A DNA stretch of 61,406 nt, counting the filler, from Pirum gemmata (taxonomy: Eukaryota): assembly GCA_002812295.1 (NCBI GenBank). It is 12 parts of 12 records of this genome, joined end to end, with 100 filler letters (N's around TTAATTAATTAA, not from the genome) between each part and the next. Parts side by side here need not be neighbours in the genome. Positions count along the whole stretch, not along the records: positions 9,907 to 14,729 come from PDIN01000834.1; positions 14,830 to 19,687 come from PDIN01000835.1; positions 19,788 to 24,672 come from PDIN01000836.1; positions 24,773 to 31,566 come from PDIN01000837.1; 8 more parts are not named here. One strand, given 5' to 3'. A program made the translations under genes and the position numbers. Positions 12,634 through 25,325 of this stretch are shown one piece after another. The first letter of the stretch is position 1. Every line of letters starts with the position of its first letter. The notes below the pieces were generated by a model. The model was not told the origin of the DNA, ran no database searches, and worked only from the letters and a program-made list of their open reading frames with translations.

Positions 12634-14427
12634 TAACCACGGGGCCACTAACCATTTTTTTTATTTATCGTTGATAGCATAATATTATGTATAGTATTAC
12701 ATTATTTTAATATTTTGATTATCATAATATATTATCATAATATGCCTAGCTAGTATTATCATATTATAAATGCAGCTAAGTTCTAGCTACTAGCTAGTAG
12801 TTAGATTGACTCTCTCTAGCTAGAACTGTTTCTACTAGCTAGATGCAGCTTATTATTAGTGCTTATTTATCATATATAGTTTACTTACTGTTTACTTGTA
12901 TTTTATAATCTATTATATTATCATATCAATAGACTATTTACCATAGACTATAGAACTACTATAGACGAGTCTAAGACGACTACCTAGGATTTTTTGAAGT
13001 CCTTGAGTATTTGAGTATAATACACTTTGAGTATATGATACATATGATGATATAATACAAGGACTTCAAGTCCTTGTATAATACATATAGTATATTGATA
13101 CTATATTGATACATATGTAACATATAAAAAATGCCATAGTTGTCATAGTTGTCTTATCTATAGAGAGAGTCTTATCGCGATAAATATTTTTTTAATTTTT
13201 TAATTTTTTTCTACGATAGACTCTATTAAAAATGCATAAAATAATAATAATAACAAAAATTAAAAAATAAAAAATAAATATCGTCTATTCCATTGCAGTT
13301 GTCCTCTCAATCTTTAACTGTTTTTTAAAAGTGTATAATTTTAAAATTGAACTTGTTTATAAAATTGATCATGAAATTTGAGTACAACATTTTTTAAGTC
13401 TGATAGTTTAAACATAATACTGGTAACTACCATAATAATAATTTATTACGCTTATTTCAGTTTAATTTGGTATATTTTATTATATATTTATTTAGTTAAA
13501 AGTATCAATTTAAATACTATAAACAACCAAATAAATATTCGGAGTGACAAAATAAATGAAAAGCACAATAGTCTATTAACAGCCCTGTCTAGTGTCTACA
13601 GACTCTCCGCTGACTCTACACACTATTGTACACACAAGTCTACACAGTCTACAGACTCTACACATCTCAACTATTTTTTCTTTTTCTTTTTCTTGTAGTC
13701 AAAGACTCCATTCTATAGTCTATGTATGCATTATATTTTTTTTATATATGCATAAAAAAATAATATTATACATGAGTAACATGACATAATATAATATTAT
13801 ATATATCCTTGTATATATGTGATCTAATTGGGTTGATGTATCAACGATGATAATCGTAATTGACGATGTAATGTAAATAAAGTTATTAGTATTATTATTA
13901 AATTCATTATTAATTTTATTAGAATGATATTAAATTCATTATTATTTTTATTAAGTTTATTAGAATAATAATATTTTAAATATTATTTTTAAAAAGGAGA
14001 GCAAGGATAATTATTTATGGTGACGCACTTAACGAAATTTGTCGTCATTGTGTGACGTAAGTATCGATGTTATGACGAATTCTGTTTGCGGATTTGAAAA
14101 TGACGATTAAAAAATTAAAAAGGAGTATTTAAAAAGGTATTTAAAGAGTATTTAAAGGCCTGGCCACACGATATTTTTAGCAAATTTGGTAAAAAATACC
14201 TTGAAATATGGTAAGGATTTAAACAAAATTGGTAAAAAAAATACTTGGAAATTTTTCGCATTTTGTGATCGAATATATAAAAAAAGATAAAGATAATAAT
14301 AATATGATATTTTAAAAATAATATTATGATATGACATAATAAAAAAGAGAGTTCCTGTTTTCTGAAGTATTTTAAATACTGATAGTAATTTTCAGGGCAA
14401 GATTATTAAAGACCCCTTGGGAATTTT

Positions 14428-14618
14428 GGGAATCATCCATAAAGGTCGTCACCTAATCTTACCTATGCCTCTTTGCCCAAAACACTTTTGGTCATAATTT
14501 TAAAGTTCATTTTAATAATTAATTACTGTCTAAAACAGTTTAAGTCACACTTTCGAGAAATGACTTCTAACAAAGAATAAGTAGTACTGAATAAGTGACG
14601 TCCTTTATGAATGTTCCT
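14428..14618 (-). mobile_element. Harbinger-like MITE, family A (about 190 bp)
   Basis: TIRs GGGAATCATCCATAAAGGTCGTCAC / GTGACGTCCTTTATGAATGTTCC; reverse complement of 51802-51990. TSD not clear. Confidence 0.75.
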
Positions 14619-14829
14619 TTGTTCAGGGAGACATTTTTTCAGTAGCTATTCTGTGATACCTACTATGAGTCTATGATAGCTGGCCTTGTAATAATTAGTA
14701 CCAAATTAATACAATATAAATCCATTTAANNNNNNNNNNNNNNNNNNNNNNNNNNNNNNNNNNNNNNNNNNNNTTAATTAATTAANNNNNNNNNNNNNNN
14801 NNNNNNNNNNNNNNNNNNNNNNNNNNNNN

Positions 14830-14925
14830 AAACCCGAAAAATATGAAAAAATATTTTTTTTCGAACGGAGCTGAATTTTGGCTTTTTTTGACAGCAGAAA
14901 ATCGAGTTTTCGGGTTTGAGCAGAA
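14830..14925 (+). repeat. Dispersed repeat shared with 38733-38823
   Basis: AAACCCGAAAAA..GAAAAAATA..TTTTCGAAC.G.GCTGAATTTTGGCTTTTTTT..CAGCAGAAA..GTTTTCGGG occurs on two different contigs. Confidence 0.75.
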
Positions 14926-16336
14926 TTTGGAGACTATTTTTTCTTTAGTTCGCCTCATAATATTATCGGCATTTTTTAAAAATCTTCGAGCTTTTCCAGA
15001 AATACATTTACAAGTCTGAATTGCAAATATCAAGTCAACTTTTTCCATTTCACGTCTTTAAAAAATTGTAATATTTTGACTCGAAAAAAATTATTATTGT
15101 TGTTATTGTTGTTATTGTTGTTATTGTTGTTATTGTTGTTATTGTTGTTATTGTTGTTATTGTTGTTGTTACTATTGTTATTATTATTGTTATTGTTATT
15201 ATTGTTATTGTTATTGTTATTGTTATTGTTATTGTTATTGTTATCGTTATTGTTATTGTTATTGTTATTGTTATTGTTATTGTTNNNNNNNNNNNNNNNN
15301 NNNNNNNTTAATATTGTTGTTATTGTTGTTATTGTTGTTATTGTTGTTATTGTTGTTATTGTTGTTATTGTTGTTATTGTTGTTATTGTTGTTGTTGTTG
15401 TTATTGTTATTGTTATTGTTAATAGCTCCAAATGTATCTCTTTAAAAATTTCACTTTAAAGATTATAACCCTCCAAATAAATATTCGAATTGACAAAATA
15501 AATGAAAGACAGTTCTGAACTATTGGCTTATCACTTTTAGTGAACCTACATGTGACGTCATATAGGTTCATACTGATATGACATCACCAGGTGTGTATGA
15601 CGTCACTAACTCGAAGGTCTCGATGAGTTCGATATAATTAAGCCCGAACTTGTTTGTAGAAAGAGAAAATTATTGCACTTCCATTAGTCCAGATTTCGAC
15701 TTATTCTTGTCGGTCGTTTAAAAAAAACACTGTTTTGTTTGATGGTCAAAGGGATTTTTAAACTTTAAGGGGAACAATGTCATATATAATAATATATATT
15801 ATTATTAATATTATACTTATTATATTAATATTACTTATTATTACTGCTGTCTTCATCTTGAAAGGCTTAATATTCATGTTTACCAATACGTTTTTGAATT
15901 ACTTATTACTTATTACTTATTACTTATTAATTAATATTACTTATTACTTATTACTTATTACTTATTACTTATTACTTATTACTTATTACTTATTACTTAT
16001 TACTTATTACTAAGTACTTATTACTTATTACTTATTACTTATTACTTATTACTTATTATTTATTACTTATTACTTATTATATATTATTTGCTAATTATTT
16101 TGATATAACTATCTAGTCGAATAAAAATTCGGCGAAATACCTTATCAACCGGGGCGAGAGCTTCAAACTACCAAACCATCGTGGAAACGCGATGTGTGGC
16201 CATGGCCAGGGTAATGACCTAGGGTATGGTATGGTAACCCGTGGGTAAAGAAACTAACTTGGTTTGGTGGAGAAAGACATTTTATGAGAAATGGTGATGA
16301 TGAGAAACTTGTTAATAATTTTATTTAATAAATTTA

Positions 16337-16524
16337 TCGTGCTTTTCATTTAGTTTGTCACTCTGAATATTTATTTGGAGGGCTATAATATTTAAATTGA
16401 ACATTTTTAAATCAATACATATAAATAATAAAATATACCAAATTAAATAAAATGGATTTATATTATATTAATTTGGCACTATTTATTGTATATTTTATGA
16501 TGACAAACCAACTGAAAAGCACTA
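16337..16524 (+). mobile_element. MITE family 1, full copy
   Basis: TA|TCGTGCTTTTCATTTAGTTTGTCA...TGACAAACCAACTGAAAAGCACTA|TA, 188 bp. Confidence 0.9.
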
Positions 16525-16583
16525 TAATATAATATTGTTCGAAACAATCATAACATTTCATTTTTTTATGTGGAAAAGTATAC

Positions 16584-16840
16584 CCTGACCCTAACCCTTA
16601 CCCCAACCCTAACCATAACCCTAACCCTAACCCTAACTCTAACCCTAACCCTAACCCTAAGAGTCCGTATTCCCTAACCCTAACCCTAATTCCCAAACCC
16701 TAACCCTAACCCTAACCCTAACCCTAACCCTAACCCTAACCCTAACCCTTACTATATAAAAACCTAACCCTAACCCTAACCCTAACCCTAACCCTTACCC
16801 TAACCCTAATTCTTACTCTTACCCTAACACTTAACCCTAA
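16584..16840 (+). repeat. Interstitial (CCCTAA)n telomere-like repeat; similar tracts at 4814-4860 and 9907-9997
   Basis: Imperfect CCCTAA array just upstream of a splice acceptor. Confidence 0.9.
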
Positions 16841-16878
16841 TCACTAATCACTATACATATACATACACATATATATAG

Positions 16879-17660
16879 GGGATAAATATGACGAAAACAA
16901 GGTGGTTGATGGTAAACACGGTAGTTTTGACAAGTTTATGTCGTTTTTAAAGGAAAAGAATTTAGAAATTGACCCGAAACAAGCTGAAGAGAAGTTTAGA
17001 AATGAAGTACCCATGCTACAAGACGATGAAACTGTTGAAATGGCCTTCAAGCATGGTAGAGATATGTTTTTGATCACATCAAAACGTGTGGTTAACATTG
17101 ATGTAAAGGGAATGACAGGTATATTGTTTATTATATTAAATGATAATAATAATAACAACAACAATTAATTATTGTTAGGAAATAATAATCATTATCATTA
17201 TCATTATCATTATCATTATCCTTATCCTTGTCCTTATCCTATCCTTTTCCTTTTCCTTATCCTTATCCTTATCCTTGTCCTTATCCTTATCATTATCATT
17301 ATCATTATCCTTATCCTTATCCTTATCATTATCATTATCATTATCATTATCATTATCATTATCATTATCATTATCATTATCATTATCATTATATATTATA
17401 TATTATGTATACTTACATGTGTAATAAACTATTTTATTTTATTGTTATTTATTCAAAAAGGTAAAAGAGTAGAATTTGAATCATACCCGTTCGCTCACAT
17501 GGCATGTTTCAGTGTTTCAAGCGGAGGCACAATTAGTCGAACGGTTAAATTGAGATGCATGAATACTTCCTTAAAAGGACAACTCGAAATCGGGTTCAAA
17601 AAAGATGTCAATATATTCGACATTAATAATTCTTTGTCAAATAAAGTTTTGAGATTTTAA
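16879..17660 (+). CDS. Bacterial PH domain (bPH_1 / YjqA-like) protein, last two exons
   Basis: Exons 16879-17118 and 17461-17660 join in phase: LQDDETVEMAFKHGRDMFLITSKRVVNIDVKGMTG|KRVEFESYPF..FSVSSGG matches the bPH_1 pattern. Upstream exons not resolved. Confidence 0.78.
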
Positions 17661-18700
17661 TTGACGCCGATTAATTTTGGTAAAATGTTAATTTGGTACA
17701 AAATGTTAATAATTTGGTATATTTTAGTATTGTAGAGGAAAAATCAATATTAGTATTAATAATAAAAATAATAAAAAAAATTAATAATAAAATAATTTTG
17801 TTTTGATAACATTAAAATAATTATAAACTATAGGTTACTTCATCGAATTTTTGTTAGCCGCTTCGGTTACTCGTTCGAAAAAATTCGAGCCGCACTCCTT
17901 CCATTTTTTTTTGCGCAATCTGTCTGATAACTCTGTTATTAAAAAATGAGTGAAGTAACACTAGTTCTTGACTTTTACGCATAAATGCGCATATGTCCTT
18001 CTCATTATTTTTAAAACAGTGCATTAACTCTGGAAAAAAAAATAACCATAATAATAAACCGAAAACGGGTTATTTAACTGTTTCGGAAAAAATGTAAGAG
18101 GGCCAATTTTTATTGTTTCGATTTGATGATAAGAAAAAAAAAATAATTAAAAAAACTTTTTAAAAACTTTTAATTTGATACCATAATATTAAAATAATTT
18201 TTACAATTTAAGAAAAGCATACATTTATGACTGTTTTTAGTATATCTATATTAGTACTAATAATAAAAATAATAAAAATTCAATAATAAAACAATCAAAA
18301 TTTTTTCAATTTGATAATATTAAAATAATTAAAAAACTTTTTTTATTGTTTCGATTTTTCAAAAAAAAAAATTTAATAATAAATAAAAAAACTTTTTTAG
18401 TTTAATATGAATAATAATAAAATAATTAAAATTTTTTTTTATTGTTTCGATTTTTACAATTTAAGAAAAACATACAATGCAGCATTTTCTAACCCCCATC
18501 CCAACTCCAAACCCCTCTTTACTATTTTGGGATTTTTGCTATAGGATTTTTGAGATTTTTTTTTGAGATTTTTTTTTTTTTTTTTTTTTTTAAAATACCA
18601 AATCAATTAAAACATAGTTTAACCATATTTTTGGTACGTTTATTTCAGTTTTTGAACTGGACAACACTATTGAAAAACACGGTGTAGACCTATTATAAAA

Positions 18701-19687
18701 TTAGAGACTACAAGGGAAAGAAGTTTCAGATAAGATATCTGCGGTATTAAAACCAACTGAAACAGTAAATTCACCTTCAACACCGTCTTTTTCACAAGGA
18801 AGAACATATGCACCATCACTTACAGACCAAGCAAATCTAGAATCAGCAATATCAATATCGTAAACTCCACTATCCCAAACCTATATATATATTAAAATTA
18901 ATTATTATATATTTGTTAATAATCATTATTAACAATAAATATTAATGATAAATTAAGAAAAAGGCAATGTGTATATACTAAATAATAGTAATAATTTAAA
19001 AACAAAATCAAAATACCTTTTTAAATCCTTTCAATTCTTTAATTGGACGTTTAACATTTAACTTAGCGTCATTAGATTTGTAACCGATATAAACTTGAAT
19101 CACTTCGGAGGCAATCATTGTTTCCGATGGTTTAGCCATAGTTACGTTGACTTTAACTTGGAAGTTTTGTTGTTTATCTTGGGCTACTTTTACATCATTT
19201 AGCTCACTAGAGTCCAAATAAGTCATACCATAACCGAATTGGAACAAAGGTTTCATACCATAATATTCAAAGTATTTGTAACCTATAAGGTTTTTTTCAC
19301 TATATCTAGAAGTTTCATTTCCATATTGAATGACATCAGTGATTTCACCTAATATTATGATAATAATAAAACACAATAATTAAAACTTATTAATATTAAT
19401 TAATATTATTAGTTATTATTATTTATCACTATTTATCGAATTGTATTGAAAATATTATTATTATAACCTAACTAACTATCTACTCTTGATTATTTATTTA
19501 TTATTATTAATTATTATTATTTTTTTTTTGATATATATAATTAAAAAAAATACCTGTTGTTTCATTATATTCATAAGCAGGAACAGTTAAACCAATAAAT
19601 TGATATTGAGATTCATTATGATATAATTCTTTATCGCCAGTAAGCTTTAAACCAGAATTAAATCTAGCTATAGGTGATTGAACATAA
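18701..19687 (-). CDS. GH3 beta-glucosidase-like C-terminus with Fn3-like domain, 3 exons, 5'-truncated
   Basis: Exons 19687-19554, 19348-19017 and 18880-18701 join in phase. YSEKNLIGYKYF..KPLFQFGYGMTY, SEVIQVYIG, RPIKELKGFKKV, GEFTVSVG. Confidence 0.88.
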
Positions 19688-19787
19688 NNNNNNNNNNNNN
19701 NNNNNNNNNNNNNNNNNNNNNNNNNNNNNNNTTAATTAATTAANNNNNNNNNNNNNNNNNNNNNNNNNNNNNNNNNNNNNNNNNNNN

Positions 19788-19821
<34 letters not shown>

Positions 19822-19974
19822 TAAAAACATAAAAAAACAGGAAAAAATAAAATAAAATAAAGTAAAATAAAAAATAAAAATTAAAAAGTTAGTACTTAGG
19901 ATTTTTCTTTATCATTATTTTATTTGAGTAGCTCTAAAAAAATATTTTTATAATATAATAATATATTCACCATA

Positions 19975-21769
19975 ATGCTGTTTCAGCAAGAAATTTTGTT
20001 GGCTGTGGCTGTTGCTACAACCAGCACTTTGGCTTTTGAAGCCAACACTTTCATTCCCAATAATGTGAAAGTTAATAAAGGTAATTATTGATATTAATTA
20101 TACAATTTCCGTTTTTTCATATTTTTGCTTTCGTTTTTTCATATTTTTGCTTCCGTTTTTTTATATTTAATAATAATTGGGTTGTTTTTAATATTAATTT
20201 TTAAATATTTTTATAATATAATTATAGGTGTTGTTAGTCCAGCCACTTTTACACCTGCTGATGTTGCTAGTATACTATCCAAAGCAGAGTCTACACTAGG
20301 ATTCACAAGTGAACAAACAACCGAAGCAGTTTATTCTACTTCCTTTATGTTTGACTCCAACGCAACTAAAGGGGCTGATATAGAATTTATTTTTAACACC
20401 AACAAAAAACAACTCAGAGAAACTATGACTAGTATTTCTGTAAAATCAAGATATATGGGCCCTAAAGGGGCTTGGGGGAATCTTTGGACATTTTTTGCCT
20501 ACAATTATGTTAACAAAAGGTACGAACAACTCGGCGATAATAGTGCAGCTGCATCTTGGGTTTGGGATGATGTTTCTGGGAATAAAACTTTTAAATACGT
20601 TGACAACTCTTTTATGAGTGAAAATGGGGATATGCAAATTAAATATGTTACTGTCGGTGCGCCTGGAAGTTTTGATGCAAGTCACATAGATAGTATGGAA
20701 TTACTCGTGCACACAGGTGAACCAAGAGATCCAAAACCAGATTTAGTCGAAAAGCCTAAAGTAACAGCACCGGTATTGGGAAAATCAAATTCGCGTTGGA
20801 CTGATAAAGCTAGGATATGTGGATTATCTATTGATCCTAAAGTATCCGAAGCTGTCATGCAAAAAATGGTAAGTGACCGCAAAAAGGAAGGGTGCAGTGT
20901 TTTGGAAGTGGACTCTAGTTTAAGTTATTATCACGATGAAGCAGCATTTGATCAACAAGTAAGATTTTTGAATTCTTTGTCTCTTTACGCTAAAACTCTT
21001 GATTTGGAAAGTGTTATTTATATTCCGAGTTTGGAAGTTAATGTAAAAGGTGGTTGCGACCAGGGAAATCATACTAGTGTATCTATGGTGGCCCTTAAAA
21101 ATAACCAACTTCAAAGAAAACTTGATGGTGGAGTCAACTCCTTTTGTGGCAATTTAGAACATTGGGTTCAAAATGGTGAAGAGAGTGCTTGGTTCGAGCC
21201 TAACAATAAGGAATATCGTGAACATTTCCTTGGTCGTATCACACAATTGGGCAGAGAAACTGCATTGGGTGGTGTATGGGTTGATGTCCCTATCTATTCC
21301 GATACTTCTGGTAAATGGGCTGGGGCTGGACCTGATGCCGAAGCTGCTTTTGTAGCATGGTGTAAAACTCAAGGTATCAGCGATCAAAGTTTACCTACTC
21401 TTGCGGATATGGAAGCAAAAAATCAAAAGTTTAAGCACTGGATTACTTGGAGACATCATTCTTTGGATGAGTGGCAAGATGCTATGCAAAAAGCTGCTGA
21501 AGCCGGGAGATCTAATTTTTTTATTGCTGCCGAAATTTATTCTGTTGATTATTTTGACGGATATGTAATTGGTTTAGATGGTGGTTACAAAACAAACAAA
21601 AACCAATTTAGAGTTTGGGAAGTTGATAGTGTTTCGAATTCTGGAGCAATGAATTATGCTACTAAAGAAGATTGGAGAAACAAAATTGCAATGAACAAGT
21701 ATGCCACGGCTGCTGATTCTGGCCGCCACACTTGGTTGTTTGCTTACGGAAACCAAGAATTGGATGCAG

Positions 21770-21823
<54 letters not shown>

Positions 21824-24619
21824 TGTTATAGTTATTTATTTATATGGTTATTTATTTATTAATTAAAATACCTTCTGTTTTATTATTATTATTTTATTTA
21901 TCACACATTTTGTTTTTTATTTTTATTATTTATTAATTAAAATTGTTTATTTAATAATATAGGACTTGTTTTGGGTGCCATTGCTGCCGTCGGGGCTTCT
22001 CCTTTTGAGAGTAAAACGCCTATCATGACTGACACAGTTGGCTCTGCTTTTCGTACAAGATGGTTCAAATGGTTAGAGCAAACAGAAAAAGCTATCATGG
22101 ATTTCTCGCGTGAATCTGACGTTGGTGTTTTATACTCCTCCCCAAGCAGAGATGTTGCTGATTCTTCTGGGCAATACTCATGTGGTTATGGTATGTTTGC
22201 TGAAACCGAAAGAAATCCAACTGATGATGAACAGTGGTGGGCTCAAGATGGTGACACCATAGCATCTCGCTCTTGGTCATCCTCTGTTTATTGTAATCAT
22301 ATTGGTGGTTACAGAGGTATAATGAATGCTTTAAACAAATTGCAAGTTCTACACAAAGTCGTAATTGATACAACTGATGGGATGCAAAGTTTGTCAGGAT
22401 TAAGAATGATCATGTTGCCGAATGTAGATGCTCTTTCTGAAGAGGCTGCGGCCACCATTAAAACATTTGTTGAAAGAGGGGGTGTTGTGTACGCCACAGG
22501 CCCTAAACTTCCTGGCACACTTGACCACTACGGCAATCCTCATGCTACACCGGTATTAAAAGAGTTATTCCCAGATGCAACGGACGGAACCGCATACGTA
22601 AAAGCTTTTGGCAAGGGTGTTGCCTTCTACCGCCCGGCCATTACCACTCGTTCTTTGTTTGAAGGCTTTACAACCGATACAGTAGGTCAACCTAACGCAG
22701 CTGCTTATGCTCAAAATCTTAATTGGATCGAAGAAACCGTTAGACAGCATGTTGCTGAACGTGTTATTGTTTCTGATCGCTACAACAAAGTTTCTGAAGA
22801 TGTTTATATAGAATTGGGTACTAGTCGTACTAATACTCAACAAGCAATTTATTTGTTAAACTTGGAAGGGGCCCAACAACCAGTTCAAGAAGTGTACGGC
22901 GAATTTTACATTAATTACAAAGCTCCAGATGGAACAAAGATAAAATCTGTTTCAGTTTATTCTCCAGATAAATCTGAATGGCAAGGAACTCTTGAAAATG
23001 TTCAAAGCATAAATAACGGTCAATGGTACAGTTTTCCTTTGGTTAGAGTAGATCAATTTGCCACTATCGTTGTCAATTTAGAAAAAAGAACAACCCCTGT
23101 GTCACCTGTTCAAAACCACCAATATCCAGATGGTTGGAAAGAAGCCATTGCAGATGGTTTTAACTTCATCAAGAATAAAATGAGAAATCATTCAGCCCCT
23201 GCTCCACTTAAGTACGGAATTTACACTGCATTGCAAGATACTGATGTTGAAGATGTTGTTTATGCTAATGGTCATCACATGACTGCAGAACATATGGGTT
23301 TGTTTTTGAGAGTAGCTGCTTGTATGGGTGATGAAGAAGCTCATAAAAACGGTTTTGATTTTGTCAATGAATTAATGATGTCGAAAGCGAAAAGTATTAT
23401 TAATTGGGCTGTTGATAAAAATACTGGCAAACCATTTTTACAAACTTTTGGAGAAGCTCCTAACAAAATGACTGTTAATGCAAATGCTCCTTTAGATGAT
23501 TCTCGTGCTATACGTGCCATTATTGCTGGAGCTCGTCTTTTTGGCCACGCTGAAGCTTCAGATTTGGCAGCAAGAAGTTTGAGAGGTTTGTACTGGACGA
23601 GTGTGACCAATAGACAACGTGGTCAAGACATTTTGAAAAGCAAGTATGATGGTGTGATTGGATACAGTTACGATTGGTCAGAGGGCGAAGAAAAAGCAAC
23701 TGGTTTCGGTAACCTTGGTTTTAGTCCACTTCCAATTGACTACAATTTATTATGGACTATGAATGCGGCTGCTGGTTATAATCCTCGTTGGAAACCAATT
23801 TTGGAAACTTCCATTCAAATGTTGCTTGACAGTGAAATCCCTCAATCGCCTGGTTTGTTTTATAATGGTCTTAACGGGGATGGATCTTACACAGGTGACT
23901 TTGAGTACAGAGATTTAGTAGAATCTAACAGAGGTAAACATTTAAAATCCATCCAAACTCTATGGATTGGTATTCATTTGGCTGAAATTGGTGTTTCAAC
24001 CACTTCTGCTGCATCAGCCGATTTAAGAAAGAAAGCGTTGGAAGCAGCTACTCGTTGTTTGAACTTTTACAAAGCATTCTACAGCAATGGCAAACGTATC
24101 CCAGAGTACATGACTTTTGCTGGTAAAGATGTACCAATGGATGGCAGTGGTGATGCATTAAAATCTGGTGAGAATTTGGTTAACGGGGAAGCAAGAATTT
24201 ACGCACAATTAGCCAGAATGGCCTATATTCTTGGTGATGTTAATTACGCCAAACAGGTGGTAAATGAAAAACTTATGACTGATATTATTAAAGACAAAGA
24301 TAATGAGCTTTACGGGTTTATTGGTAAATCCACTGCCGATCAACAGAATGGAAAACCTTACAATGCTGAATCATTTAATACTCTGGAATCTCTTGTCACT
24401 ATGTGTATGATTAGTGGTGGTAATGATGGTCTAGCTGGTGCCGAGTTTATCCCGTTTAGTGACCCTAATTTTGGTGAAGATAATAGTACTGATGGTGGTA
24501 ATAATGGTGGCAATGATGGTAATGGTAATGATAATGAAAGTAGGCCAGGAAATGCAGTTTCTATGTTTGCTTCGGTTGGGTTTACAGGTGTGTTAATCTT
24601 CCTTTCCGCTTTATTGTAA
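19975..24619 (+). CDS. 1434-aa secreted, probably GPI-anchored multi-domain glycosidase (GH114-associated-like module + TIM barrel + GATase-like/trimerisation domain + GH8/YdaJ-like barrel)
   Basis: Exons 19975-20080, 20228-21769 and 21963-24619 total 4305 nt in frame. Signal peptide MLFQQEILLAVAVATTSTLA; YMGP..W.F..LGDN.AAASWVW; GGVWVDVP; DVGVLYS, LPNVDALSEEAAATIKTFVERGG; GIYT..GHHMTAEHMGL, NAPLDDSRAIRA; G/N/D linker then a hydrophobic C-terminus. Confidence 0.85.
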
Positions 24620-24826
24620 TTTCGTTTGTAAAATAACATTTTATTTGTTTTTTGGGAGTATTTTTTTTTTTGNNNNNNNNNNNNNNNNNNNNNNNNNNNN
24701 NNNNNNNNNNNNNNNNTTAATTAATTAANNNNNNNNNNNNNNNNNNNNNNNNNNNNNNNNNNNNNNNNNNNNTCACAATCATCATTAGAATTACATTAAT
24801 CATAAAAAAATTTTTATTAATAATTA

Positions 24827-25206
24827 TTAATTAAACTCAGTATTTTCATCACCCATTACCCACCCAGCAGAATCAATATCACTTGTACAAACATTAGAGT
24901 TTGCATCATACCAAAAATATTGATAAATTCCATGATATTTCAAATCTTTACAGAACTCCTTTTTATCTCCCAGGTCAGTAAGTCCGGCAGGAATAGCAAC
25001 AGTAAGATCTGGATTACGACAGTAAGTTTTTGAACCCATCCCTGCGCGTTGTTTCATTTGCGTACAAACTAATCCAGCTTCCTGACACAAAGCATATCCA
25101 TCAAATTGAGTATCACAACAAAAAGTTGAACATTTCTTATACCCAACCGAACTGTCATAATAACAATTAGGTTGACTAGGATTATCACAATCATCATTAG
25201 AATTAC
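24827..25206 (-). CDS. C-terminal fragment of a Cys-rich extracellular-type protein within a 412-bp tandem unit
   Basis: The frame extends upstream of the listed ORF: CNSNDDCDNPSQPNCYYDSSVGYKKCSTFCCDTQFDGYALCQEAG...TEFN*. No start codon or acceptor found. Confidence 0.5.
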
Positions 25207-25325
25207 ATTAATCATAAAAAAATTTTTATTAATAATTATTAATTAAACTCAGTATTTTCATCACCCATTACCCACCCAGCAGAATCAATATCACTTGTAC
25301 AAACATTAGAGTTTGCATCATACCN

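Noticed and set aside
15030..15459. Low-complexity ORFs (also 7043-7298, 7796-8086, 11633-11851, 17228-17464, 50818-51295, 56187-56478)
   Set aside because: Translations of simple repeats in introns or intergenic DNA.
16584..16840. True telomeres at the CCCTAA/TTAGGC tracts (also 4814, 9907, 45539)
   Set aside because: Imperfect, often intronic or internal, and mixed with other hexamers; they behave as microsatellites.
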